Part shown: positions 21,798 through 32,404 of the stretch, piece after piece | Numbering within the stretch: position 1 is the first letter of the stretch | Layout of the letters: every line of letters starts with the position of its first letter | DNA from: an uncultured bacterium | GTDB lineage: Bacteria > Bacillota_I > Bacilli_A > RFN20 > CAG-826 | Reading direction: 5' to 3' | DNA length: 64,000 bases | Assembly: GCA_949297805.1 (NCBI GenBank) | Contig: CASFTG010000002.1 | Location: 15,871 to 79,870 of the forward strand | Translations under genes and position numbers: made by a program | Notes under the pieces: model-generated | Told to the model about the DNA's origin: nothing | Seen by the model: the letters and a program-made list of their open reading frames with translations, nothing else | Databases searched by the model: none

Positions 21798-22313
21798 ATG
21801 CGCACGCTTTACCTGTTGTCAGCCTTGCCCGGATCGGGGAAATCGACCTGGGCGCGCCGCTTTCAGCAGGAGCACGACCATGTCTATATCGTCTCGAGCG
21901 ACGAGATAAGGATCGAGCTATTCGGTCGAGCGGACGATTTTTCTAACGAGCCACTGGTCTGGGAGACATTTTTGAATCGGATTCACCAATATGCCGAACA
22001 AGATAAGGATGCTAACGTCATCGCCGATTCCACCAACCTGACCAACTATTATCGCGACTACTACCGGGAACAGACCCCGGAGTTCGATAAGCATATCCTC
22101 GTGGTCTTCGATATCCCCTTAGAGGACGTCTTCGCCCAGAACCGAATGCGGAAGAAAGAGAAAATCGTGCCCGAGGATGCGATGAGGATGATGGCGGCCC
22201 AGTGTGAACCATTAGACAACAAGGTCGCCGACGCCTATGACGAGGTCATCCACGTCGGGCCCGATTTCATCGCCGAGGAACTAAGACGGCAAAAAGCGCA
22301 AAACCGCCACTGA
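21798..22313 (+). CDS. Small P-loop kinase (AAA_33/polynucleotide-kinase-like)
   Basis: LPGSGKSTW, VSSDEIR, IADSTNL, N..R....VP. Confidence 0.85.
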   Translation: MRTLYLLSALPGSGKSTWARRFQQEHDHVYIVSSDEIRIELFGRADDFSNEPLVWETFLNRIHQYAEQDKDANVIADSTNLTNYYRDYYREQTPEFDKHILVVFDIPLEDVFAQNRMRKKEKIVPEDAMRMMAAQCEPLDNKVADAYDEVIHVGPDFIAEELRRQKAQNRH

Positions 22314-22336
22314 AATAAGTTGCTACAATTATATCG

Positions 22337-23476
22337 ATGGACGAGAAGGACAACGAGCAGCAAAGCCATCGGGGAACGGCCCTCGATGTCTTCCCCTTAA
22401 CCAAAGGCAAAAGGATGTTGCTGTTTTTAGGCGACTTCTTCCTCGTCTTTATCTTGGCTTTGTTCCTTTCCAACATCATCGTCTACCCCATCGCCAAAAG
22501 CGCCACCGGCTATGAGACGAAGGAATCGCTAAACATCGCCAACCAGCAGGGCCGTTACACCATTCTTTATGAGAACAAGCTACTGTTCAACGAATCAGCG
22601 GATACCAAGAACAACCTCGAAAGCAACCTCGAATATACCTATTCGCGCTTCCTTAGCTATTACGTGGTCGATGCCCCGGTGGAAAGCGAAATCTTCCATA
22701 ATTATTATTCCCAATATCGCAACCAAGACGGGAAGTCGCTCCTCCAACTATATAAGGGATATGATCTAAGCAGCTTCTTTGATTTGGAAGCGATCAATGA
22801 TGATGGCTTACCAACGCTGAAGGATAAATACAAGGAGGAGTTCGCTCCCAACTATGAAGATGACAACGACATGAGCGACATCGGGAAGATCGATTACGAT
22901 TATTTCTTCGAGCACTTCTTCCTCTCGATGTATTACACCATGGTCGATGACATCAAGTTCAACGATCTGCGGCTGCCAAACAACAATCTAGCGGCTTCCT
23001 ATAATGATTTGACGGGAAAAATCGAGGAATTCAACGATTTCTATGATACAACCGCGATTATCTGTTCCTCGGTATCCTTTGGGGTGGCCGCCCTCGCCCT
23101 CTATTTCGTTTATCCCCTGCTGAATAAACGAGGGAGGACCCCAACCCAATCAGTCATGAAAGTGGAAAGGGTCGAGAAAGGGACCTATAAGATTTTGTCC
23201 CGACCACGTCGATGCCTGAGTGGGTTATATCTAACGATCCTCACTTTGCCCTGCCTTCTCTTCGTCCCCGTGCCCACGGTTTCAATCAATTACGTCTTCT
23301 CCATCACCGGTATGTTCGGAATCTCGATGGTTGGCTTAATCGGGGTTATCGTCTCGATGCTGATGGTAATTTTTGACAAATTCAACCGAGGTTTGACGGA
23401 TATTCTGACTTTTTCCATCGCTTTGAAAGAAGAGATGCTGGACGAGGTTTACAAGGTGAAAGGCTATTACGTATGA
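22337..23476 (+). CDS. RDD-like membrane protein with large extracytoplasmic insert
   Basis: KRMLLFLGDF (RDD start), GRTP, RGLTDIL end; TM segments flank a ~190-aa soluble loop. Confidence 0.7.
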   Translation: MDEKDNEQQSHRGTALDVFPLTKGKRMLLFLGDFFLVFILALFLSNIIVYPIAKSATGYETKESLNIANQQGRYTILYENKLLFNESADTKNNLESNLEYTYSRFLSYYVVDAPVESEIFHNYYSQYRNQDGKSLLQLYKGYDLSSFFDLEAINDDGLPTLKDKYKEEFAPNYEDDNDMSDIGKIDYDYFFEHFFLSMYYTMVDDIKFNDLRLPNNNLAASYNDLTGKIEEFNDFYDTTAIICSSVSFGVAALALYFVYPLLNKRGRTPTQSVMKVERVEKGTYKILSRPRRCLSGLYLTILTLPCLLFVPVPTVSINYVFSITGMFGISMVGLIGVIVSMLMVIFDKFNRGLTDILTFSIALKEEMLDEVYKVKGYYV

Positions 23477-24486
23477 GCGAAGAACAAACCGAGAACCTTT
23501 TGCCGGAGATCAAATACCTCCGGGCCAAATTCTGGCGACGGATTTTTGCCAATCTCCTCGATTTGATCATCTTGATTATCACAACCTTCCTTCTCTTCGC
23601 CGGGGTTCGGGCTATCGCCAGCTGCTTTGGTTCCGTTTCCGCCTCTCAATCCCGCCTAAAGCAAATGCGAGAGGAATCGGGCCTTTACCATCCAAAAGAG
23701 GAAGGCAGCAGCGAACTTATCTCGATTGCCGATTATTTAGAAGATTCCTCCGATTATACAGCCGCGGATAAATACTATTTGGCTGAGCAAACCATATTCG
23801 ATTTCGCGGAATATTCCGGGATTGAAGTCGGCGAAAACCTAAAGAACAAGATTATCGAATCCTATAACGAATTCCGACTGGAGCAGTCTTACCTCAGCAA
23901 GCCCTACTTCATCGAAGAAAATTCCCAAATCAAAGAGAATCCAGACTGCAAAGCCTCGAAGATACTGTATTTTCAAAACATCGCCGCCCCATTCCTCAAC
24001 GATTACTGCGAGGGCTGCCTGGCCTCAAAGTTCCCCGAATACGTCGACCTGACCCTTTTCAACTCTCGTTTGCTCTTTTTAATCGAGCTACCCATTTCCT
24101 ATGCCGTTGCTGGAATACTCACTTATCTGGTTCCGACCTTCATCTTCCGCCGGGGAAGGAAGACATTCGGCAAAGCCCTATACAAAATAGGCGTCGTCGA
24201 TTCCCGGGTCCTAAACCCCACCTGGAAGCGGAGCCTCGCCCGTTTCGCCATTTTCTATTTCGCGATTCTGCTATTGTCAGTAGTGACATTTGCGATCCCG
24301 GCCATCATCTCGGTGACCATGATGGGATTTTCCAAGAAAAGGCAAGGATTTGCGGACTATATGTTGGATTTGCAGGAAATCGACACCGCCGGATCGACTA
24401 TTTTCTTCAACATTCAAGAAGCCGAAGTCAGCGGTGTCAACAACTACAAAAAACCGGTCGATTTTCAATCCATTGTCCGAGAATAG
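23473..24486 (+). CDS. RDD family membrane protein
   Basis: AKFWRRIFANLLD, KTFGKALYKIGVV, ARF, RQGFADY. Confidence 0.8.
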   Translation: MSEEQTENLLPEIKYLRAKFWRRIFANLLDLIILIITTFLLFAGVRAIASCFGSVSASQSRLKQMREESGLYHPKEEGSSELISIADYLEDSSDYTAADKYYLAEQTIFDFAEYSGIEVGENLKNKIIESYNEFRLEQSYLSKPYFIEENSQIKENPDCKASKILYFQNIAAPFLNDYCEGCLASKFPEYVDLTLFNSRLLFLIELPISYAVAGILTYLVPTFIFRRGRKTFGKALYKIGVVDSRVLNPTWKRSLARFAIFYFAILLLSVVTFAIPAIISVTMMGFSKKRQGFADYMLDLQEIDTAGSTIFFNIQEAEVSGVNNYKKPVDFQSIVRE

Positions 24487-24520
24487 GTACTTCGTTAAAT
24501 TTTTAAAAATTTAAAATCTT

Positions 24521-24534
24521 TGAAAGCGCTTCGA
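24521..24534. promoter_or_regulatory. cre-like/LacI-family operator upstream of the ABC-nuclease cluster
   Basis: TGAAAGCGCTTCGA about 35 bp upstream of TATAAT (24569-24574). Confidence 0.45.
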
Positions 24535-24582
24535 AAAATGTGTGGGTGAAATTGAATCCCCACCTATGTATAATGAGCGCGT

Positions 24583-26685
24583 ATGGAAAAAACCTTTCGA
24601 TCCAAAAGGCTCTCCACAAAATGGAGGTGGCTTTTACTTTCCGGCATGGCTAGTTGCTTTGGCTTAGCCGCTTTTGCCTCGTTCGGCAACGATGCCAATC
24701 TCGTTCTTGCCGAAGCAGAAGAAACCACTGCCCTCACTACCGAAGGGACCGGCGAAACGTCCACTCCAACTGGAAGCGGTGCCACCGGCGCCATGACTTA
24801 TATTCAGGGCCAACAAATCACCGAGATCGGCGAAGCGGAGCTTGGGGCGGGCTATTCGGAAGAGACGATGACCGACGCGGGGAACAATTTCTACACCACA
24901 GTCACGGCCAATACCCACACCCCATACATGCAGACCTTCACGATCTCTTTTTCGTCCCAAACCACTACTTACGTCGATACTCAGGGCCAAGTTTTCCTCA
25001 CCATCGATGACCCAAGCTTTGTAAGTGACTCTCCGGTCGAAAACGAGAACGACCCGCTTCCGGAATTCAACGCCCAGGTCTTCCGCATCGAGACCGGCCG
25101 CCGCGACAATCCGGATATTTATATCCCTGCAAAAGAAACCAAGGCCGGCTTCTTCGTTATGAACGTCACCGGCATCTATTCCGGCGCCGTCAGCGATGAA
25201 TACACCGACGTGATCGAAAATATTTACATTCCCTCGGAAATCGTTTCCGCGGCTGAAGGGGCTTTGGAAGTGGCTAATCCCAATTGTCAAATCCTTTTCG
25301 AAGCCGAATCGTTGCCCGAGGAATTCGACCCGGCCTTCACCAATCTACCCGAAGAAAATATCCACTTCGGCGTGGAGCTGCCCTACGACAAAGCCAACTA
25401 CTTCGTCCGCAACACCAATAAAGAGGGCAATCAAACCGATAACTTCATGATGGGTTTTGATGCCGGCGATGAATCCCCTTACAAGCCGGAACTTCTGAAT
25501 ATCACCTATGACCTCGTCAAAGAAGATGGGACCCGGACCACTTATAACCGCGACCTTCCATTAAGTTTTGGCACATATAATTCCTATTATGATGCCATTG
25601 GCGAAAGGCTTGGATCGTATGCGTTCAACCGTACAGTCTCCATTCCCGTTGAAGCTAATGAGGAAATCGATCCTAATTCCTTAGTATTCTCTAACATCTA
25701 CCAAACCGACGCCTTGGAACGCCCCTTCCGTCCAAATACCGATGGTACTTGCTACTACTCAGTCGCCCGGCCGGTTTATAGCAATGAATACGACTCCGAT
25801 GAGTTCCTGACCATCGAGTTCGACCACGTCGCGACCTTCGCCGGATATACCGCCATCTATCTCAAATCCGAACAATTCCCGGACATTTACAAAATCGTCA
25901 ACCCGACGATGTATGAAACCGCCAAGCGCTACTTGGACACCAATTCAGCCTACATCCGCTTCGCCTTCAACACCGTCAACTCCATGGTTTACAACGTCTC
26001 CTATGAGTACGATGGCCAATTGATTGAAAAACAATTCACCGCCAGCGCCAAGACCGACTCCTTCGAGATTAACTCTAAGCCCATCGGCTTCCTCTTCAAA
26101 AACTCCGATATTGGCGAAGGATTCTCTGCCGAGAACCTTAAATCATTCGGATTTGAAAACTTCGCGGTTCGGGTCGATGTCATGCTTCGTAGCTCGGCCG
26201 AGACCTTAGGCCGCACCGCCTCCACCATCTCGTTCGGCCGCTACAACATCCTTGGCGATGAACAAGAGTTCCACCTGACCAACGCCAACGCCGGTTTGAT
26301 TTGGACCTTCGTTATCTACACGATCGCGGTCGCTGCTATCGCCATTAGCCTCTATATCTATAAACTTAAGAAATTCAAGAACGATGAGTTCCGCCGCTTG
26401 AAACCGAAGCAATTCATCAAGACCGGTCTCTTGGCTTATGTCTTGTTCGGCATCATCACCTTCTTCATAGCCTTCTGCTCGGTCCGCTGGGCCTTCCTGA
26501 CCAATTCACTGGTCGTCTTCAACCCCGCCGACCCGTTCGTCATCGTCTTCGGCATCATCGCCATCATCGCCACCGGTTATTACATTCGTTGGCTGGCGAT
26601 TGCCATCAAGAACGAGAAAGAACGCCGCAAGGCAATCAAACTCAAACTCGATTCCGATATCAACGACGATGACGGAACGAAATAA
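24583..26685 (+). CDS. Large exported protein with three C-terminal TM helices, unknown function
   Basis: Signal peptide ending ..VLA-EAEE, acidic extracellular domain, 3 hydrophobic C-terminal segments. Confidence 0.8.
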   Translation: MEKTFRSKRLSTKWRWLLLSGMASCFGLAAFASFGNDANLVLAEAEETTALTTEGTGETSTPTGSGATGAMTYIQGQQITEIGEAELGAGYSEETMTDAGNNFYTTVTANTHTPYMQTFTISFSSQTTTYVDTQGQVFLTIDDPSFVSDSPVENENDPLPEFNAQVFRIETGRRDNPDIYIPAKETKAGFFVMNVTGIYSGAVSDEYTDVIENIYIPSEIVSAAEGALEVANPNCQILFEAESLPEEFDPAFTNLPEENIHFGVELPYDKANYFVRNTNKEGNQTDNFMMGFDAGDESPYKPELLNITYDLVKEDGTRTTYNRDLPLSFGTYNSYYDAIGERLGSYAFNRTVSIPVEANEEIDPNSLVFSNIYQTDALERPFRPNTDGTCYYSVARPVYSNEYDSDEFLTIEFDHVATFAGYTAIYLKSEQFPDIYKIVNPTMYETAKRYLDTNSAYIRFAFNTVNSMVYNVSYEYDGQLIEKQFTASAKTDSFEINSKPIGFLFKNSDIGEGFSAENLKSFGFENFAVRVDVMLRSSAETLGRTASTISFGRYNILGDEQEFHLTNANAGLIWTFVIYTIAVAAIAISLYIYKLKKFKNDEFRRLKPKQFIKTGLLAYVLFGIITFFIAFCSVRWAFLTNSLVVFNPADPFVIVFGIIAIIATGYYIRWLAIAIKNEKERRKAIKLKLDSDINDDDGTK

Positions 26686-26704
26686 ATAAGGATAGGAGCT
26701 AGTT

Positions 26705-28630
26705 ATGGAAATCAGAATCAAGGACCTAACCAAGATCTTCCCAGGGGATGCGAAGAAGAACATCCGCGACACCGTTGCGGTCAAGGATATGAGCTTCGTC
26801 GTACCCGATGGGAAACTTGTCGGCTTGCTCGGACCTTCCGGGTGCGGCAAATCGACCACCCTGTACATGATCTCCGGCTTACAAAGCCCCACTTCCGGCG
26901 AAGTTTGGTTCGGCGATCAGGAAGTCACCAACCTCGCTCCGGAAAAGCGCGGCATCGGCTTGGTTTTCCAAAACTACGCCCTTTATCCGCATATGTCGAT
27001 CTATAAGAACATCGAGTTCCCGCTCACTAATCTTAAGGTAGAAGTCCCTCTCGTCACCTTCTTCAATTTCCATTTAACCTATACCTATAACTTAAAGAAG
27101 AGCGACCTCGTCGATGGCATCGCCAAATCGGTCGTCGCCTTAGCTAAGCGCATCGGTTTGAAGAAGCGCAACGTCGCCGTCACTACCGAGCAAAACGGCA
27201 ACGTCCTGACTTTACATGTCGACCTCCTAAACGTTTCCCAAGTCGTGGCCGATCTTTATAAGAAGAACTTCCCCCTCGTCATTGAGAACGCCGAATTAGT
27301 CGAGGAAAAATCCGAGCAGACCAGCGAAGCCCTCTATGACGCCTCCTTCCGAGCCACCGTCAACAAGGAAAGCGACTCGGAGATGCTCGACGTCCTCTAC
27401 AAAGGCAACCTTGGCAAGAAGTTCAACACCGCCACCATCGACGAGACCATCAAGGCCATCAAGGCCATCATCCATAATCATGGCATCTCTGAAGGCGTCA
27501 TCATCTCCCGTCTCCAAAACGGCGAATACGAATTAATGGCCCGAATCGTTAAAGTCCGCCGGGCCGATTTCGAAGCCACCATCAACGAGCTCAACGCCGG
27601 CGCCGCCTTCTCCTCTCACGTCGTCTCTATCACCAATGTCCGTAACAGCGAACTCACTCTCCAATTCAAGAAACAGTTCGCCTTAAAGCGTCTCTCGATT
27701 TCCGACTTCAAGCTCTATTATTCCGAAGGCAAGACCAAGGTCTATTTCCGCCTCCATAAAGTCGGCAAAGAGGTCGCCGAGGAATCAAAGGAATTCCTCA
27801 CCAAAGAGTTCGACCTATCCGATATCTCGATGGACCTCACCCAGGCCATCGCCCACCGCCGCTTAACCAAAGAGGAACGCCGGGATATCGTCTATGACGC
27901 CGCCAAACTCGTCCAGGTCGATGAGTATTTGCAGCGTAAGCCAAATCAACTCTCCGGCGGTCAGCAGCAACGGGTCGCCATCGCCCGGGCCCTCGTCAAG
28001 AAGCCGAAGGTCCTCCTCCTCGATGAGCCGCTTTCTAACCTTGACGCCCGGTTACGCTTACAAACCCGCGAGGAAATCCGCCGCATCCAGAAAGAAACTG
28101 GCATCACCACCGTCTTCGTCACCCATGACCAAGAGGAAGCGATGTCGATCTCCGACGAAATCGTCGTCATGAAACTCGGCGAGATGCAGCAGATCGATGC
28201 CCCGCAGAACGTCTATAACAATCCGGCCAACCTCTTCGTCGCCATGTTCCTTGGCACCCCGCCGATCAACGTCTTCAAAGGCCATATCGGCGGCGGCCAG
28301 GTCAAAGTCGGCGATGACGTGGTCTATGAGGACAAGAAGTCGAAAGCCCTTAAAGACGACAAAGACGTCTACGTCGCCATCCGGCCCGAAGGCTTCTCGA
28401 TGGATAAACCTAAAGAAGGCCAAGGGCTCCACTGCAACGTCGAGATGATTCAAATCCTCGGCCGCGACATCTCCATCGTCGCCAACAACCCCTCCTGCAC
28501 GAAACCGACTTTCAAAGTCATCATCTCGGCTGAAGACCAAACCAACGACACCAAGCTTTGCTTGGCCGTTAAGCCGAATAAGATGTTCATCTTCGACGGC
28601 GAAACCGAGCAAAGGATCTATCTAGACTAA
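26705..28630 (+). CDS. CUT1 (MalK/UgpC-like) ABC ATPase with ~275-aa internal insertion
   Basis: [48 protein letters not shown]; insert between Q-loop and signature. Confidence 0.93.
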   Translation: MEIRIKDLTKIFPGDAKKNIRDTVAVKDMSFVVPDGKLVGLLGPSGCGKSTTLYMISGLQSPTSGEVWFGDQEVTNLAPEKRGIGLVFQNYALYPHMSIYKNIEFPLTNLKVEVPLVTFFNFHLTYTYNLKKSDLVDGIAKSVVALAKRIGLKKRNVAVTTEQNGNVLTLHVDLLNVSQVVADLYKKNFPLVIENAELVEEKSEQTSEALYDASFRATVNKESDSEMLDVLYKGNLGKKFNTATIDETIKAIKAIIHNHGISEGVIISRLQNGEYELMARIVKVRRADFEATINELNAGAAFSSHVVSITNVRNSELTLQFKKQFALKRLSISDFKLYYSEGKTKVYFRLHKVGKEVAEESKEFLTKEFDLSDISMDLTQAIAHRRLTKEERRDIVYDAAKLVQVDEYLQRKPNQLSGGQQQRVAIARALVKKPKVLLLDEPLSNLDARLRLQTREEIRRIQKETGITTVFVTHDQEEAMSISDEIVVMKLGEMQQIDAPQNVYNNPANLFVAMFLGTPPINVFKGHIGGGQVKVGDDVVYEDKKSKALKDDKDVYVAIRPEGFSMDKPKEGQGLHCNVEMIQILGRDISIVANNPSCTKPTFKVIISAEDQTNDTKLCLAVKPNKMFIFDGETEQRIYLD

Positions 28631-28641
28631 GAGGTACCCCA

Positions 28642-29667
28642 ATGGCAGAAGCACTGGTCAAAGAAAAACCAAGCCTCGGGTACCATGAGGAGAAGACGGA
28701 TACCGTCATTCGCCTCGTCTCGACCCGTAAGCGGAAAAAGGAATACCAAGTCACCGGTATCCAAGACATCGCCAGCGAGAACAACTGGAAAGCCTGGCTC
28801 TACCTCGCCCCAGTTATCATCTTGATCGCTGTCTTCCTTTTCTATCCCCTTATCAACACCATCTTCATCGCTTTTACCGAGAATTACCGTTATTCCCAAG
28901 GAACCTATGATGGGTTTACTTTAAATAACTTCGGCATCATCCTCGGCCTAACATCAACCGACATCGGGGCAACAGAGGTCAACTTCGCTCGATACGCCAT
29001 CCCGAATACCTTCATCATCGTCTTCATGACGGTCCCGGTCTCGACCTTATTAGCCTTGATCATCGCCGTCGCCTTGAACTCGATCAAATGGTTCCAGAAG
29101 TTCTTACAGACCGTCTTCTTCCTGCCCTACGTCACCAACGGCATCGCCATCGGTATGGTCTTCGCCGTTATTTTCGACCAGCAAGGTATCATCAACTACA
29201 TCTTTGGCTCTTCAACCCAATGGATATACGGGGCCGATCGGTGGACGGCCATGGTTCCACTTTGCATCTACATCGTCTGGAACTCGATCCCCTTTAAAAT
29301 CTTAGTCTTGCTTTCCGGCTTACAAGGCATCGACAAACAGTATTACCAAGCGGCCCAAATCGACGCCGCCAGCCACGCGAAGACCCTGTGGAAAATCACC
29401 GTTCCGCTACTTTCGCCGCAGATCCTCTATCTCTTGGTCACTTCCTTTATCGGAGCTTTCAAGGAATACACCTCAATCGTCGCTATCTTCAATGGCCCTG
29501 GCACCACCCAAGGTTCTTACAACATGATGACCATCGTCTATTACATCTATGAGAACCTTAGTATCAATACCTCCTATGCCGCCGCCGCCGCGGTCTTCCT
29601 CTTCGTCATCATCTTGATCTTCACGTTCCTGCAGTTTGCCGTCGGCAAGACGCGGGTCCATTACTAA
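28642..29667 (+). CDS. ABC transporter permease (MalF/UgpA-like)
   Basis: FFLPYVT, LSGLQGIDKQYYQAAQIDAA (EAA loop), ITVPLL. Confidence 0.93.
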   Translation: MAEALVKEKPSLGYHEEKTDTVIRLVSTRKRKKEYQVTGIQDIASENNWKAWLYLAPVIILIAVFLFYPLINTIFIAFTENYRYSQGTYDGFTLNNFGIILGLTSTDIGATEVNFARYAIPNTFIIVFMTVPVSTLLALIIAVALNSIKWFQKFLQTVFFLPYVTNGIAIGMVFAVIFDQQGIINYIFGSSTQWIYGADRWTAMVPLCIYIVWNSIPFKILVLLSGLQGIDKQYYQAAQIDAASHAKTLWKITVPLLSPQILYLLVTSFIGAFKEYTSIVAIFNGPGTTQGSYNMMTIVYYIYENLSINTSYAAAAAVFLFVIILIFTFLQFAVGKTRVHY

Positions 29668-29681
29668 GGAGGGAAAGGAAA

Positions 29682-30668
29682 ATGGAAAACGTTTTCAAGA
29701 AATTCCTCAAAAAGGAAGAGAAACCCGCCTTAATCGAAAAGCCGAAGATCGTCCTTTCGATCGAAGACGCCGGCAAAACCGTCGACGCCATCAAGCGAAG
29801 TCAAAAGATTGGCCATATCATAATGATGGTCATTACTTACATCTTCATTCTCTTCTTGGCCCTGATGATGGTCTTCCCCTTCTACTGGATGATCATCACC
29901 TCGTTAAAGCAAAGGACCGAGATCATCGCCACGACCCAGACCTTCTTCCCCTCGGTCGTCATGTGGAGCAACTACGTCTATGTCTTCCAGGTCTTTGACT
30001 TCGGAACCTACATGCTCAACACCATCGTCGTCGCCATCTTCTCGACGTTAGGTACCTTACTCACCACCATCTTCGCCGCCTTTGCCTTCGCCAGATTGAA
30101 GTTCAAAGGCCGCGAGCCCTTATTCATGCTCTTCCTAATGACCATGATGATCCCGGGCGAGATGATGGTCATCTCCAATTTCGTCACCGTTGCTTCCTTT
30201 GGCTGGATCGGCACCGGCCAAACCCTGATGGACGCCTATGCCGCCATGATCGTCCCGTTCTGGATTTCCGTCTTTTATATCTATTTATTAAGGCAGAATT
30301 TCAAGCAAATCCCTAACGAACTCTACTTAGCCGCCAAAGTCGACGGCAAATCCGACTGGTCCTTCCTTTGGAAGGTCATGGTCCCGCTTGCCGCCCCCAC
30401 CCTCATCTCCATCACTATTCTCAAATTCATGGGCACCTGGAACTCCTATGTTTGGCCGGAACTCGTTACCTCGGTCGATGAATACAAACTTATCTCCAAC
30501 GGTCTCCGCGGCGGCCACTTCGTCGATAACAGCTCCGGCGCCTCTATCACCGAATACGGCTATCAGATGGCTGCGACCGTCTTAGTCACCGTCCCGTTAT
30601 TCCTGCTCTTCGTCTTCTTCCGTAAATACATCATGCGTGGCGTCGGCCGCGCTGGCATCAAGGGCTAG
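29682..30668 (+). CDS. ABC transporter permease (MalG/UgpE-like)
   Basis: FPFYWMIITSLK, LRQNFKQIPNELYLAAKVDG, WNSYVWP. Confidence 0.93.
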   Translation: MENVFKKFLKKEEKPALIEKPKIVLSIEDAGKTVDAIKRSQKIGHIIMMVITYIFILFLALMMVFPFYWMIITSLKQRTEIIATTQTFFPSVVMWSNYVYVFQVFDFGTYMLNTIVVAIFSTLGTLLTTIFAAFAFARLKFKGREPLFMLFLMTMMIPGEMMVISNFVTVASFGWIGTGQTLMDAYAAMIVPFWISVFYIYLLRQNFKQIPNELYLAAKVDGKSDWSFLWKVMVPLAAPTLISITILKFMGTWNSYVWPELVTSVDEYKLISNGLRGGHFVDNSSGASITEYGYQMAATVLVTVPLFLLFVFFRKYIMRGVGRAGIKG

Positions 30669-30761
30669 ACGCCCATCCAAATCGATTCATCCGCCCGAGG
30701 CTTGATCGTATGCATAAGCGGGCGTGTGAATAAACTCGACTGTTCATCAAGGAGGAAAATC

Positions 30762-32357
30762 ATGAACCAAAGTCGTAAAGCGAGACTGATTCCGCTTCTA
30801 GCGGCGGTTACGCTCTTAGCTGGTTGCAACGGCAATACGAGCACCAGTTCGTCCACTCCCGAACCGACCGGGACCGAAACCCCGTCGGAAACCCCATCCA
30901 AAACCGACACCGACACCGGCTCCCAAACCGAGGAATACCAACCTTACTTCGGCGAGGAATACGACAACAACAAGATCAACATCAGCGTTTGGACCACCGC
31001 TGGCGATCAGCAACAAACGCAGCTCAACAACTTCATCACCAAATTCGCTGAGGTCGAGCCGAACATCAAGGTCACTAACGTCAAACAATCCGGCTCCTAC
31101 GATGACCTTAAGGAAAAGATCATCACCGGTTTTGCCGGCAATGACTACCCCGACCTCACCTACTGCTATCCGGACCACGTCGCCGAATACATCTACTCCT
31201 TTAAAGCCGTTGATCTAACCGACTACATCAACGATCCCTACTACGGCTGGACTGAGGAAGACAAGAACGATATCATCCCGGCCTTCCTCGAAGAAGGCTC
31301 GAAGTATTCGACTCCGGGCACCTATTCGGTCCCGATGTCGAAATCGACCGAAGCCATGTACTACAACCCGGTCTTGGTCGGCTTAGACGTCTCCAGCGTC
31401 AACGCCACCCTCAATGGCAACGGAGTCATCACCGAGTCCTACCTCAACAGCCTGACCTGGGAGGAACTCCTCGACAACCTCGCCCCGACCCTCAAGACCT
31501 ACGCCGCGAATCAAAAGGCGGCTGGCGAAACCCCAATCTGGGATGATAGCGACCAGTACTCCGCCATCGTCGGCTATGACTCCGATGACAATCTCTTCAT
31601 CACCTTGGCCGAGCAATATGGCTATGGCTACACCGCGATTGACGAGACCACCGGAAAAGGCAAAGTCCTCTTTGACAACCAAGGCATGAAGGACTTGATG
31701 AAGAAACTCAACAAAGCTTATCAAGACAAGCTCTTCATCACCAAGGGCGCGGCCAACAACGAATACATCAACACCCGCTTTACCAAGAAGCAGGTTCTCT
31801 TCTCCATCGGCTCCACCGGCGGCGTCAACTACCAATTCGATGACGAATCCCCGATGGATGTCCGCGTCGCCCCGGTTCCGCAGGCCGCCAAGGGCGCCAA
31901 AAAGGCCCTCATGAGCCAAGGCCCCTCGATGTGCGTCTTATCCCACAACAAGGCCGACGGCACCGTCGACACCGACCGGATCATGGCCACCTGGCTCTTC
32001 TACCGCTTCATGGCCACCACCGAAAACTCCGCTCAGTGGGCCCTTCTCTCCACTGGCTACATGCCGATCCGCGAATCCTCTTACACCACCGCTCAGTTCA
32101 TGAACATCACGAACCTTGAGAACAAGAAAGAGGCCACCATCGACATCCTCACCGCTCGGAACTTAATCTACTGCTCCGACCCGGACACCACTGACGTGAT
32201 GTTCACCTCGCCGGTCTTCGTCGGCTCCTCGGCTTGCCGTTCGGCCGCCGGTGGCATCGTCACCCAAAGTTTAGTCGCCGGCAGCAGCTTAACCGACGAA
32301 TCCCTCAACACCATCTTCAGCGATGCGAAGAACACCGCCGAGCTGCAGATTAAATAA
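30762..32357 (+). CDS. Extracellular solute-binding lipoprotein 1; start MNQSRK
   Basis: SD AAGGAGG, lipobox LLAGC, YPDHVAEY, PMSKSTEAMYYN, FSIGSTGG, QGPS, GYMPIR. Confidence 0.9.
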   Translation: MNQSRKARLIPLLAAVTLLAGCNGNTSTSSSTPEPTGTETPSETPSKTDTDTGSQTEEYQPYFGEEYDNNKINISVWTTAGDQQQTQLNNFITKFAEVEPNIKVTNVKQSGSYDDLKEKIITGFAGNDYPDLTYCYPDHVAEYIYSFKAVDLTDYINDPYYGWTEEDKNDIIPAFLEEGSKYSTPGTYSVPMSKSTEAMYYNPVLVGLDVSSVNATLNGNGVITESYLNSLTWEELLDNLAPTLKTYAANQKAAGETPIWDDSDQYSAIVGYDSDDNLFITLAEQYGYGYTAIDETTGKGKVLFDNQGMKDLMKKLNKAYQDKLFITKGAANNEYINTRFTKKQVLFSIGSTGGVNYQFDDESPMDVRVAPVPQAAKGAKKALMSQGPSMCVLSHNKADGTVDTDRIMATWLFYRFMATTENSAQWALLSTGYMPIRESSYTTAQFMNITNLENKKEATIDILTARNLIYCSDPDTTDVMFTSPVFVGSSACRSAAGGIVTQSLVAGSSLTDESLNTIFSDAKNTAELQIK

Positions 32358-32404
32358 CAACTAGCCAAAATTCGATTTGATCACCACTGACAAATAGGAG
32401 AGCG

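Noticed and set aside
30690..30725. Intergenic stem-loop before the first binding-protein gene
   Set aside because: Typical ABC-operon mRNA-stabilising hairpin; no further support
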